DNA of 64,000 nt from Macrostomum lignano (GCA_002269645.1 NIVC01001422.1:124001-188000); one strand, 5' to 3'. Counted from the stretch's first letter, positions 43,501-55,813 are shown. Numbers and translations are program-made. Notes: generated by a model from the sequence alone, not told the origin.

Positions 43501-44354
43501 CGTCTGGTACACTGGTAGCTACACCACCTGGTACACTGGTAGCTACACCACCTGGTACACTGGTAGCTAAACCACCTGGTACACTGGTAGCTACACCACC
43601 TGGTACACCGGTTAGCTACACCACATTGTACACTGGTAGCTAAACCACCTGGTACACTGTTAGCTACACCACCTGGTACACTGGTAGCTAAACCATCTGG
43701 TACACTGGTAGCTAAACCATCTGGTACACTGGTAGCTACACCACCTGGTACACTGGTAGCTACACCACATTGTACACTGGTAGCTAAACCACCTGGTACA
43801 CTGGTAGCTACACCGTCTGGTACACTGGTAGCTACACCACCTGGTACACTGGTAGCTACACCACCTGGTACACTGGTAGCTACACCACCTGGTACACTGG
43901 TAGCTACACCACCTGGTACTGGTAGCTACACCTCCTGGAAGAAATAGACTCACCTTCCCGTCATCGCCAGCGTTTTCAGTTTCGGCCGGCGCACTGCTGG
44001 CGTCAGCATCGTCAGCAGCAGGCTGCCCTTGCTCATCCTCTTTCGGCGGCGGGGGCGGCGGCGGCGGCGGTGGATAGATAAGAGCGTCAACTCGCTGGCC
44101 TATGATTTCGGTAAGCCGGCCCCATTGTTCGGCATCGGGAACGGCAGTCCAGACGTCGGGCAGAAAGTAAGTTACAGTTTCTAGTCGAGCCTGCTGCTGG
44201 CTCGAATCGCTGCTGCTGCTGCGACGCGGCTCTCGGTAATAGTGCAGCTCCATGAACTTGTACCTGGAATGTTGGGCAGCGGGGAAACGTATATGGCATG
44301 TGATAATGAATAGATGGACTTAAGGAGGCAGTGGAAGAGAGGGGTTAGACAGTC

Positions 44355-44423
<69 letters not shown>

Positions 44424-46952
44424 GGCAGACAGACACAGACAGGCAGACACAGACAGACAGACAGAAACAAACAGACATGGTCTCACCAGGTGCTGCAGCC
44501 CGACAGATCGACCCCAGCCAGGCGCCGGGCATGCCGGATAGCCGTGTTAACCAGCACCATGGGATCGCCCTCGACATCCTCGCCATCAACAGACGGGCTC
44601 CACGGGCCACCGAGGGCCAGAGGATCGGGTGGGGCCGACTTGCTATCGCCGCTGCTAACGAAGCCGCAGAGGAAGCTCAAAGCGTTAGCCAGGCCGATGC
44701 AACGGAAACGAGAGTCGGCGGCGGCCTGGGCCAGCGAGCAGGTCTGACGGTAGAGCTCGGCCAGGCTGGGACAGCTCAGCAGCATCACCTTGGCTGAGTA
44801 GCGATAGTCCTGGCGGAGGGGAGCAAAGGAGTTAGCTAACAGAGAAGGTGCCAGGTACTAAAGGGACGGCAGTTACAGAGAGGGCGCCAGATACAGAGGG
44901 GCGCCAGCTACAGAGGACGCCAGCTACAGAAGGGCGCCAGCTACAGAGAGGGCGCCAGCTACAGAGAGGGCGCCAGCTACAGAGAGGGCGCCAGCTACAG
45001 AGGGCGCCAGCTACAGAGAGGGCGCCAGCCACATACGGGGCGGGCGCCAGCTACAGAAGGGGCGCAGGTACAGAGAGGGCGCCAGCTACAGAGGGGCGCA
45101 GGTACAGAGAGGGCGCCAGCTACAGAGGGGCGCAGGTACAGAGAGGGCGCCAGCTACAGAGGGGCGCCAGCTACAGAGAGGGCGCCAGCTACAGAGAGGG
45201 CGCCAGCTACATACGGGGAGGGCGCCAGCTACAACAAGAGCGCAAGCTACATACGGGGCGGGTCTGGTGGGACGCCAGCTACATACGGGGAGGGCGCCAG
45301 CTACATGGGGCGGGACACCAGCTACAACAGGAGCGCCAGAAAAAGATACGCAAACAATTGAGGTCGAGTCTAGAGTAACCGACTCATAGAATCCCCACTT
45401 TTTTCGATGATCCCCATTTGAGAGACCCTCGATGGAGGATGGACAATGAAGGCTTTACTCTATGGGCCACAGAGAAGCAGCGTAATATTTAGCGTAAATA
45501 AATCGCAAATGCCTCACCTGATCCTGAGGCTCCAGAACCGGCGCGTCTGAGTTCCCAGTTAGAACGGACCATTCGTCCAGAGTTAGGGGATCTACTTCGC
45601 GCGGAAACACGTGATAATTAACCGTCCGGCAGCCCAGACGGATGGGACTGCCAATGGGGAAGGCAGCAGACCAGCCGTTGGTGACGTGGAACAGGTCCGA
45701 AGGCGGATGCAGACGGGGATATCGCTGGCGCAGTTCCATAACTGACAGTTCCGGCAGGCCCAGAACCCGATGAGGCACAGATGCCGCGTGAGCAACCGAC
45801 GGAGCCGATGAGCGATGAGAGGAGTCGCCGCGATCTCGCCGTCCGCTGGCCTACAAAAATTGATCAGCGCAATTGTCTCAGGCGACTTAAAGCTTTTATA
45901 GAGAATCACAGAGGGTAGTGACTAGTGAGTATCGTCAGGTCCAACCCTAGCATCAGAGGGTATTTATAATCTTCAGGTCTAACCCTAGCATCATAGAGGG
46001 TATTTATAATCTTCAGGTCTAACCCTAGCATCATAGAGGGTATTTATAATCTTCAGGTCTAACCCTAGCATCATAGAGGGTATTTATAATCTTCAGGTCC
46101 AACCCTAGCATCATAGAGGGTATTTATAATCTTCAGGTCCAACCCTAGCATCATAGAGGGTATTTATAATCTTCAGGTCCAACCCTAGCATCATAGAGGG
46201 TATTTATAATCTTCAGGTCCAACCCTAGCATCATAGAGGGTATTTATAATCTTCAGGTCTAACCCTAGCATCATAGAGGGTATTTATAATCTTCAGGTCC
46301 AACCCTAGCATCATAGAGGGTATTTATAATCTTCAGGTCCAACCCTAGCATCAGGGAGGGTATTTATAATCTTCATGTCCAATCCAAATCTAGCATTCGG
46401 GAGGCTGGGAGGGTATTTTATAAACTTCAGACAAAAATCCTAGCATCAGGGAGTGAATTTATAATCTTCAGGTCCAACCCACCCTAGCATCAGAGAGGGT
46501 ATTTAGAATCATCAAGATCCAACTGTAGCATTCGGGAGGTCGGAGGGTATTTATAATCTTCAGACAAAAACCCTAGCATCAGGGGGGGGGGTATTAAGAA
46601 TCCTCAGGCTTCAAAGATGTTAAGAATCAAGGATGCCAACAGTTTAAACTGAAGCTCTATAAAATTAAAAAACACAACGCGGAGATCTGCTTACAAACAA
46701 AGGTGTTTAACAAACCTGACTGCCGCTGCTTCGATGCCTCGACTCGATTCGCACAGACCTAGCCGTCCATTTGGCCGCCTTGCCGGGCGTGTGGTCGGCC
46801 ACCACAGACACATGGTCGCCAACACGGGGCTGGCCGCCAGTCACAAGGTTGCGCACGAAAAATATGTCATCATTCACGTAGCCAAACTTTTCAAATAGCT
46901 TCGTGATGGTGCCGTGGGTTGTCTTTTGACTCTGGGGCCGCGATCCGAGCAT
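38931..46952 (-). CDS. CCAR1: Cell division cycle and apoptosis regulator 1 (CCAR1/DBC1 family), 9 coding exons, one apparent 1-nt indel at about 40235
   Basis: Exons 46952-46716 (S1-like GTITKLFEKFGYVNDDIFF), 45850-45518 (ELRQRYPRLHPPSD), 44809-44487 (YSAKVMLLS..DG.D...DP.VL), 44263-43954 (WYKFMELHY..ETVTYFLPDVW), 43286-42997 (SAP: MKVADLRRELESRG...GLKAQLVARL), 41892-41587 (FEVALFCEQFHEML.RD), 40906-40645 (EF-hand FFDRDRTG), 40353-39957 and 39234-38931 (coiled coil). Further 5' exons are not excluded. Confidence 0.88.
39303..39462 (-). mobile_element. SINE family A copy 3, internally deleted and 5'-truncated
   Basis: Matches the 3' part and B-box region of copies 1 and 2. The CORE segment is lost at a CTCA microhomology. 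Confidence 0.78.
39830..39930. repeat. (GACA)n-rich microsatellite, intronic
   Basis: Visible directly. Confidence 0.85.
40400..40635. repeat. (TAC)n microsatellite, intronic
   Basis: Visible directly. Confidence 0.95.
40915..41490. repeat. 22-bp minisatellite (AAACCGATAATCCCACATYYYW), intronic
   Basis: Degenerate tandem copies are visible. Confidence 0.88.
42010..42400 (+). pseudogene. P-element/THAP9-like transposase fragment in a CCAR1 intron
   Basis: Conceptual translation ...LRARSKSLTEIVKVL*...PPEVRRFASTLHYYSPKAYKYVRKFFQLP matches the FALTLHxYSPKAYxYVR...LP motif of P/THAP9 transposases. Stops and frameshifts are present. Confidence 0.72.
43350..43935. repeat. 24-bp minisatellite ACACCACCTGGTACACTGGTAGCT, intronic
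   Basis: Tandem copies are visible. Confidence 0.95.
44345..44478. repeat. (GACA)n microsatellite, intronic
   Basis: Visible directly. Confidence 0.93.
44880..45340. repeat. 17-18-bp minisatellite GGGCGCCAGCTACAGAG(A), intronic
   Basis: Tandem copies are visible. Confidence 0.9.
45935..46600. repeat. 40-bp minisatellite AACCCTAGCATCATAGAGGGTATTTATAATCTTCAGGTCY, intronic
   Basis: About 11 near-perfect copies followed by degenerate copies. Confidence 0.95.
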
Positions 46953-48027
46953 CTTTGGACAGCATGAATAGGGGAATGCGATTAAATATATTTCAGTTTG
47001 AGTCAGTTCATATAAAAAATGAACAAACTTTCTATACAAACTAATATTATTATGATTACTTAAAAATGCTAATAATATCGTCTAAGCTAAGACAGCAAAC
47101 TTGATGTTGATTGTTGTGAATTGTGAAATATCTTCACGAGGGGAGCCAGATACAGAGTCAGAGGCAATACTATAGAGACAATCATAATATATATGGAATC
47201 TTGCCCACTAGATCTTTCAAACTAAAAACACATTAACAATGTACTGGTGCCATTTAAATTAGAGTTATTTTGTAAATTAAATTCTTTTGCTATTTATTTA
47301 AATCCTTCTTTCATAAATAAAATATTATACAATATACTATTAGAAAAACTAGCAGAAAAGAATATAAATAAATAGGCCTAGAATTCTTAAAAAACACAAG
47401 ATTATTGAAATCTTTTAAAACTTTGCAATAGGCCTAGGGTGGCCCATGGGCCACATGCAGCTTACAAAGCCTTTCTATATAGCCTTCAGTTCTTTTGAGG
47501 CTTAAAATTAATAATCTAGCCTATTCAATGTTTCTATCTTTTCTCTTCTTTCTTTCCTTTTTTCTTTTTGTCTTATTTCTTCAGCTTTATTCCTTACTTT
47601 ACATTTCTCCTATTTTTTCTTTATTCCCTTTCCTTTCGATTTCTCTATTCTACAATCATATATTAAGTTCTCTATTTAGCCTTTAAGATAAAAATTTGCT
47701 AATCCTTAGCTTAGGGCTAAGGGTTCAAATAAGATTTTAAAAGTTTTTTATACTATTTTGTATATTACTATATATAAGTCCTATTTGCCTAAGTTTTTAT
47801 AGTTTTTATATATAATAGATAAAAATAAATCTACTATAGCTAAAACAACTAAAACCTTTATAATATTGCCTAAAATGTAGGTGCTAAAAAAATTGTCAAA
47901 TGGCTAGAGTCTGACTAAGATAGGAAAAATCTGGTTGGGCGAGATTGGGTGAGATTGGATTCATAAAATTCAAGACTTGGGATTGGTTGAGATTGGGATC
48001 AAGGTCTACCATTTGCATTTAGACTTA

Positions 48028-50079
48028 CGAAGGTTATGTCATAAATTTGCTGACAAACTTACATAGTATCTGTTTCTTTTGTACTTTGGGACAGAATTTT
48101 TGTTACAGACTAAGGCTTCATTGATCTTATTGTCTATGGAGTATCTTCCCTCTGGCTTTTGAGATAAGGCAGAAATTGAGTGGCATTCAAACCACCCTTC
48201 TAGCCAGTATGGAGAAAAGTGAAGCTGCCAAGTGCACTGTCATTTGGTCATTGTGGAAGCAGCAGAAGAAGCAGGCTAATATTTACCGCGAGCGGCTGCA
48301 AATCTTTGGTGAAGATGCACCTTCGAAACAAACTGTGTCAAAGTGGGTGCAGCCCTTTGAGGATGGCTGGGAGACAGTTTATGATGCTCCCTGCACAGGT
48401 TCACTACAGTCATCCACTTTCAGTGACAATATCTAGCGTGTGCAGCATGCCCTGAACAATGATTATGGAGCAACCCTGAGGTAGTTAAAGGACTTGTTGG
48501 CAATACCAATGAAGAACATTCATCACATCATCTCTGACCATCTGCATATGACACGAGTTGTTGCACAATGGGTCCCTAAACTGCTGACTCCTGTCCAACT
48601 GCAAGAAAGGGTCTAGATATGCCGCCACCTGCTCAATGCTAGTGATAGATCAAAATTTGATTTTGATTTCGATATTCCAAATTTTGAAACTAATTTTGCA
48701 TTGCAATAACTTTGATTTTGATTTCAAATTTCGACACCATTCATCAAAAATCATTTCAAAATTTTGGTTATATTTTAACAATTTAGACATTGATGATCAT
48801 GCTACACGATTAAGAAAATCTATAGGAAGTGAAAGGAAGCGCAGTTCAAAGACTCAGTGGGGAGGTGAGAATCGCCTTTTCTATAAGAAAAGATTGTGCA
48901 GGGCACACACTGTTCCAGGCCTTGTGCTGCACCCACCTCAACCTCCACAAGCCCACTGGCTGAACTCATTGGCGTGGATTTTAATTGGCTAAAGACTTAA
49001 AGCCTTAATGAAATGGATATAGGCTACTCATATCTAGATCTTCAGCTTAAACAGTGGTGAAGTATAATACAACTTCTACTGTATTTTTATGTACAAGTTT
49101 ATAATACATAATACACTAGCATTTTCTATTTTCTATTTTTAAAGTAAGTTAAATCTAAAGTATTCTGGTTTAAACATATTAAAGATACTTTTTATAAAAC
49201 ATATAAGCTCTACAGAGGCAAGGTGTTAACCTTTTTGCATGATTAGCGAAAAAGTAAAAATTTGTTAAGCTCTAAAAATTTCAATTTTGATTTCAATTTT
49301 GATTCTAAGGAACCGAAAATTTCGTTTTTGATTTTGATTTGAAAAATAATTTTGATCCATCATTACTCAATGCCTATCAAAACAAGCCCAACTTTCTTGG
49401 CCGCCTGGTGACTAATAATGAAATGTGGTTTCACTTCTATGAACTGGAAACGAAACAGCAGAGCAGCGTCTAGAAGGCTACTCACGAACTCCCACTGGTC
49501 AAGGCCAATGTGGTGCAGTCAGCAGGTAAGCACATGGCCACCGTGTTCTGGGACAGAGAAGGCATCTTGTTAATCGAGTGGCTACCTGAAGGCAGAACCA
49601 TCAATGCCCAGTACTACTGTGAAATATTGGAACGGCTGCATGAGAAGATCAAGAGTGAGTGCCGAGAAAGGATCACCAGGGGCACTGTGCTGCAGTAGGA
49701 CAACGCTAGGCTGTATACTTGCAATGCAACTATGGATGTCATCAGGAGACTAGGCTTCGAGTTGCTGCCTTACCCTGCCTATTCTCCTAAACTGGCCCCT
49801 AGTGACTATTGGCTGTTCCTTAAAATGAAAGAGCCTCTTTGTGGCCATCGCTATGGAAGCCTTTTTGCACCCAGCTTGGCTATCAGCCAGTAGGTATGTG
49901 GGACCCCCACAGAATTCTTCACCCAGGGCATCAGCAAGCTCCCAGAGAGATGGCACAAATGTGTGCAGCTTGGGGATGACTATGTTGAGAAGTGCAATGT
50001 TGACAATTAGCTGTTCTTTATTTTGTTTCTTGTTTGTTTGCAGTTTGTAGTTTTTAGTGAATTTATGACACAACCCTTG
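48028..50079 (+). mobile_element. Full-length inactivated mariner transposon (TA TSD), interrupted by a hAT MITE
   Basis: Termini TA|CGAAGGTTATGTCATAAATT and AATTTATGACACAACCCTTG|TA. The transposase frame shows WVPKLL, MATVFWDREG, *DNAR, YSPKLAPSDY and RWHKCV..GDDYVEK, with six in-frame TAG stops. Confidence 0.9.
48640..49365. mobile_element. Non-autonomous hAT element (726 bp) nested in the mariner ORF
   Basis: TIRs TAGTGATAGATCAAAA / TTTTGATCCATCATTA; 8-bp TSD CTCAATGC at 48632-48639 and 49366-49373; subterminal TTTTGATTT repeats at both ends. Confidence 0.88.
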
Positions 50080-50320
50080 TATTTAGATATAGGATGGCTA
50101 AGGATTATTTATAATAGTTGGCATGTATATCAATTAGTATTAGTAGTCATGATATTACTCCCACTATATTCTATTAGTCTAACTTTTAGTTTAGTATAAG
50201 TTAATACTATTGAGTGTAAAGCCTAGACAAACTCAGGTTTTGGTTAAGTTTAGTACTTGACTAAACTTTGAGATTTGAGCTCAGTATTCAAGTTGAGTTT
50301 TGTTGAGTAGTCAAATAGAA

Positions 50321-51825
50321 ATGTGAGGGTTTCCCGACAGATATTCAGACAGATATTCAAAACAATCATCTACTACTTTTAACAAAATGGACCAAATGGA
50401 ACCATATTTTTGGCAGATGTTTACGCATGTGTTTGCAATCAAATGAGCCCAAATTTGTTTTATAAAATAAAAAACTTTACGAAGTGCATTGTTTCAAAGA
50501 TTGCTTGGCAACACCCTGATTCAGCATCTCTTCAACGTTTTCTGAAAATGATTCAATTTTTACATCCCATAAATGTGCCCCGTATCCCAAAAAGACAATG
50601 GACTAACTCTTACGCATGTTTCAGCTGTAAAATGCCGCATCACGCGTCTAATAAAATACTTTACTTCCTGAATTATTTTCTTTTAAAGTGTGCTTGGCGA
50701 TTTGCTTTTTTGAAGGCAAGCCAAGAAACAGCGCATATTTGCTGATGTCAGAACTCGATTTCGCTCTCAAATTAAATGAATTTATAGTTCCATTCTTACA
50801 CACATCCCAGCTTTAGAATGACACCATTGAAGCTGAAAAAGAAACAGTATTTCCTGAGATATTTGACTCTAAAGTGTGCTTTGCTTTTGAGTCAATAACG
50901 CTTGACGTTGTATATCAAAATATACGCCAAGAAATTGTGACACCATTTTTTGCTTACGAAACATAAAACTAACTTGCTCTTTTAGGCACGTCCCAGCTTT
51001 AAAATGACACCTCAGGCGTCGCCAAAGACGCCACCGTTCGTGAGATATTCGACTCGAAACATTGCTCGGCGTGTATAGACATTTACCTTGAGAAGTCAAT
51101 TGCAGTCAATCTTGGCGAAACTTTAATGAAGATATTTGATTTGAAACATTGCTTGCCATTTAGTTTGACAGGTGTGTAAACACAGGTGGAGCACGTGCAC
51201 AAAGATTGGGAATACATTTGATTTATAAGGTGAATGTCTGTACACGCCGAGCAATGTTTCGAGTCAAATATCTCACGAACGGTGGTGTCTTTGGCAACGC
51301 CTGAGGTGTCATTTTAAAGCTGGGACATGCGTAAAAAAGTGAGTTAAGTTTTATGTTTCGTAAGCAAAAAATGGTGTCACAATTTCTTGGCATATATTTT
51401 GATATACAACGTCAAGCATTATTGACTCAAAAGCACAAAAGCAAATTGCCAAGCACACTTTAAAAGAAAATAATTCAGGAAGTAAAGTATTTTATTAGAC
51501 GCGTGATGCGGCATTTTACAGCTGAAACATGCGTAAGAGTTAGTCCATTGTCTTTTTGGGATACGGGGCACATTTATGGGATGTAAAAATTGAATCATTT
51601 TCAGAAAACATTGAAGAGATGCTGAATCAGGGTGTTGCCAAGCAATCTTTGAAACAATGCACTTCGTAAAGTTTTTTATTTTATAAAACAAATTTGGGCT
51701 TATTTGATTGCAAACACATGCGTAAACATCTGCCAAAAATATGGTTCCATTTGGTCCATTTTGTTAAAAGTAGTAGATGATTGTTTTGAATATCTGTCTG
51801 AATATCTGTCGCAAAACCCTCACAT
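50321..51825. mobile_element. Foldback/MULE-like non-autonomous DNA element (1505 bp) with about 600-bp inverted arms
   Basis: Termini ATGTGAGGG / CCCTCACAT; 8-bp TSD AAATAGAA at 50313-50320 and 51826-51833. Arms 50321-51090 and 51230-51825 are reverse complements; the left arm has an extra segment of about 170 bp. Confidence 0.88.
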
Positions 51826-54321
51826 AAATAGAATGAAAATTTAATAGTTAGAAAATTTCAAACCTCAACCTTGCTCTATTTGACTATTGATATATTTTTT
51901 GTATTAAACTTTTTTTGTTAGTTTAATACTTCCAATAATTAAGCCTATAAATTCTCAAATGCCACCTTTAGTACAAAATCTTGCTTTTCAATTAATTTTT
52001 GTTTGAGTAAGTTAATTCATTTATTCAAGTGACCATTTTCTAGGAAATTAGAATAACCAAACCTCAAACTAAATAAACATTTAAAAAATCAATTTGGTAT
52101 ATTTGCCTTATTTAGTCTTTTCATACTCACTTCTAAATGGTGTTTATAGTATACTTAAAATGTAAAAACTTTTTATTAATCCTGCCCAACTTTTCCTAAC
52201 TCCTGACATTTACTCTTGACATGGTCAAGAATCTGAAAAAAATACCCAGGTCCCAACCAAGTTAGGATCGCAATGAGAATCTTGGTCAGGCTCTAAAACT
52301 GGCCTAGTTGCATAGTAAATTTGTCAATAGGTAAATTTGTCAACTGGTAAATTTCTCAATACAGTACAATAATGTCACTATGTGAAGCTATTTCAGTGCA
52401 TAGATAAAATAGATTCATAAAACCAGTGAGCAGAACTATGTCATTTTAATGGTTTTTAGACATTGGCCTAGGCCTATGACATAACAATTGTGACAATTAT
52501 GACAATGCTTTTACTGCTGCCAGATTTTTGCTGGAATGTCCTATTGCTAAGATTTATTGGATACGAGACAATAGGCCTACATATGTAACCCAATAGTTTC
52601 CTAGATGTACAAATGATTAAATATGAGATAGGCCTACAATTATAAAAATAATGAAACTGGGAATCTTCCATGGCAAAAACTAGGGATAGTAATCTTGGGA
52701 TATCTGCAATCTCTTAATCAATTTCAAATTTGATTAGTTTCAATCAATGTAAATCAATCAAAATCAACTCATTTATGCATATATAAATTAAAACTTTATT
52801 GGTTTTGCTTTTGTTTGTATCACTTACTTCTGGCCTATACACTTCATTATATTGCATATTAGTTATATGCTAAGTATCATTATCACTATCAATATCTCAT
52901 CTCAATTCTTTCTAAAAAATCTCTTTACTTTCTGTCTCATGTTTTATTTGTTCGAGGAAGTTAAGTCGGCTGGCCGCTGTTAATTGGATCGGCGGCAGTT
53001 TATCTGCAATTTTAAACGAGAGACTTTTTAAAGTAAAAAATAATACGATAATCAACTAAACAAAAATTAATAAGTAGTCAACGTTAGTTTTTGTTTAAAA
53101 AAATAGTTAGTTTAAGTCTTAGTGTTGTGGATTTTAAACAATTATATTACCGTTTAATTTAAAGTTTTTAGCTGGAAAAACCGAATAGTAAACTGCCCAG
53201 GGAACTGGGGTAAATACCGGGTATCAAAAACGGGTGCCTCAGGAATAAGAATAATCTAGAGCTAGATTCATGGTGTCAAGTCTCGAAGTATCAGTATCTC
53301 AACTCCATCTAAACGTCTCAGCATTTCAGTATTTGTAAATTTATATTAAGCTAGGATATTAAGTAATGGTCATGCAGTGTAACGTAGGACGTAAAAATCA
53401 AAGATCGAGTATTTTTGGGGGCTAATTTCCTGGATTTCACTGCATGCATGCAGGTACGATCTTAACCGTAAGTTGGGTCTTGGCCTAAAAAATGATAGTT
53501 TCCTAATGACTATAGGTCAACAACAATTTAATATGGGAAATGATATTAGTAAATAAACATTGTCTGCATTTTATTATTTAGACGCATTTTAGACAGTATA
53601 GCTACGCCTTGATGAAACAATATCTACATTAATGGTTTTACGATTACCTGCATGCAACATTTTATTACAATAATACTTGATTCAAGAAGGAAAAAAACTA
53701 AAAGTTCAGCTAATACCACTTGTGAGTAGTTCCAAACTCTGGGATTACGAAATAAAATAAAACAATGTAAAAATGAAACTTCAACTCAACAACCATATAA
53801 AATATATAGAGTAACATGTTAAGCATGCTTAATTAAAAGAATGGTAATCTACTCTGCCCCAGATGAAATGCAATCATAGATTTTGAGATGAAAAAAATTT
53901 CTCATCTTCTCCAGTGTTATTTTTTTAGGAAATTGGCCTCCTAAAATCTACACGATCTTTGAGTTTACGTCCTGTTACAATACAGTGGTCCTTGAGTTAA
54001 ATTAGTATGAGAAATATAAAAATTAATAATTACTAGTTACTAATACATAGCTCGTAATTAGTAATGCAATACATGTAACTTTAAACTTATTAATAAAGAA
54101 GTATTTTTTTTTTTTATGTACGCATTTGTTTTGTATCATACCAAAATCTATCATCTCGGCTCTGTGGTATTGAATTTATTAACAGCAATTTTAAGTAGCA
54201 TGCGCATATACTGTACACGTACATGTAACTGGTAAGGTGCTAATTCATCTAACGATGTTTAATCAATATTAACAAGCTATTGCAAAATTTAAGACAATGA
54301 GGGGACGTTATCGAAGTATAG

Positions 54322-54711
54322 TCAGAGCAGGGTACATTTATTGAGGCTATACTTCATATGAACGATCTGGTTGCTTCTCTTGTACTCGTCAATGACAAAA
54401 GTCAGCTCTCGGACCAGAACTTGCAGGTTCAGGTTGTCCCTGTACCCGTCAGGCAGTTCGATGGCAGAAAATATTAGCGTGCCGTTCATCTCGATTTCGA
54501 AAGCGTACCACAGGTCCATCTTGGATTCCATGTTAATGTAGAAGTCGCTCAGCAGCATGTGCTCACGGAGCATGCGATATATTTCAAAGTTTTTCTCATT
54601 CCTGATGCAGAATGACACAACAAGCTCGATCCGTTGTTGAGACACGTTTTTTTCTATTTTGAACGTGCTGTGGGTGAAGGAGCAGTAGTTATATAGATTT
54701 TTTGGACGCAT
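54322..54711 (-). CDS. Orphan intronless ORF, 129 aa, unknown function
   Basis: ATG-initiated, non-repetitive, with many C/G third positions inside a very AT-rich region. No family recognised. Confidence 0.4.
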   Translation of the reverse strand: MRPKNLYNYCSFTHSTFKIEKNVSQQRIELVVSFCIRNEKNFEIYRMLREHMLLSDFYINMESKMDLWYAFEIEMNGTLIFSAIELPDGYRDNLNLQVLVRELTFVIDEYKRSNQIVHMKYSLNKCTLL

Positions 54712-55813
54712 GTAGGTGGATTTTCACAATTTCTGTTAGCCGTTCTATTTAGAAGATCAACCCAACTGACTCCCGAGAATGTGCTTTTAAGAATTAAATA
54801 AGCCTTATGCATGTAAGCTCAAAGTTATCAACTCTCTCACCGGCTTCTGATGCGAGACAGCACGTCCAACGTACCAAAAGAAAACCGCCGAGTGGATTAT
54901 TCATGACTGCAGATGCTAAAAGTATTTCAGTATTGCGTCTTGAGTGTTTCTGGTTTTCATGTTCGAAAACCTTACTGGGACTACTGTGTTACAGTGTGCT
55001 TTGCAATATTTCAGGCAAAATTCTATGGCTCAACTTCCCTTTTCCTGTGTACACGTAGAGAATTTTTATACAAAATACGAGCATAAAATGTTCAATAGTA
55101 AGTTTGTAAAAAATGACCTTTTAATGTCGCTTGTTATAAGTAATAAATACGTTCGCAGGCAGCATACCACCCAATAATGCGTTTTCAGTTTTCACTGCTC
55201 TTCAAGCAATACTCCTACACTTTACTGTATATATACATAGACGGCACTTTACCTTAGTAAAGTCGACCCCCTCAAATAAAAACGACTTGTTATAATTACG
55301 AGTATTTCAAACGAAGAAATAAAGAAGACTGCCTGATTGTCCCTTTGACATTCTCTGCGTCTGGCTTACAACGATCGTAGCAAAATAGTTGGTTTAACAA
55401 GTTTTCCTCTTGCTTAACAAGTAGAAAGCTGCGCTGCCAGCATATTCGACGTGACTGTGTGCTCGAAATGCTTTGAGTGAGTAAACCAAGCGAGAGTGAC
55501 AAAGAGAGAACGGGCGAATGTAAGCAAATGACGGGCTTAGCAAACAATTCACTGTTCAACTGCCATGAGCTGCGCCACTCTAGGCGCATTCGTACATGTG
55601 GGCGCTTGCGCTCGGCTAAAGCTGACTTCTATAGTGCATCCTAACTTCCATCTAGCCCACTCTCCTCATATTATTTCCACCTGGACTCGAGACAGCCAAG
55701 CCAAGGCCTGCTGCTGCCAGTCTCAACTCCCGGGGCAACTAGGCGAATCCTGCCAAAGTAGAAAAAAAAATTGGCGTCAAGGAGCTAAACCCGCAGCGCG
55801 GCTAGAATAGTCG

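Noticed and set aside
45935-46400. Telomeric or interstitial telomere repeats (AACCCTA)
   Set aside because: A single AACCCTAG per 40-bp unit, not tandem TTAGGG.
50410-51736. Duplicated gene pair (111-aa and 105-aa ORFs on opposite strands)
   Set aside because: These are mirror images within the inverted arms of the foldback element, start at non-ATG codons and have no coding signature.
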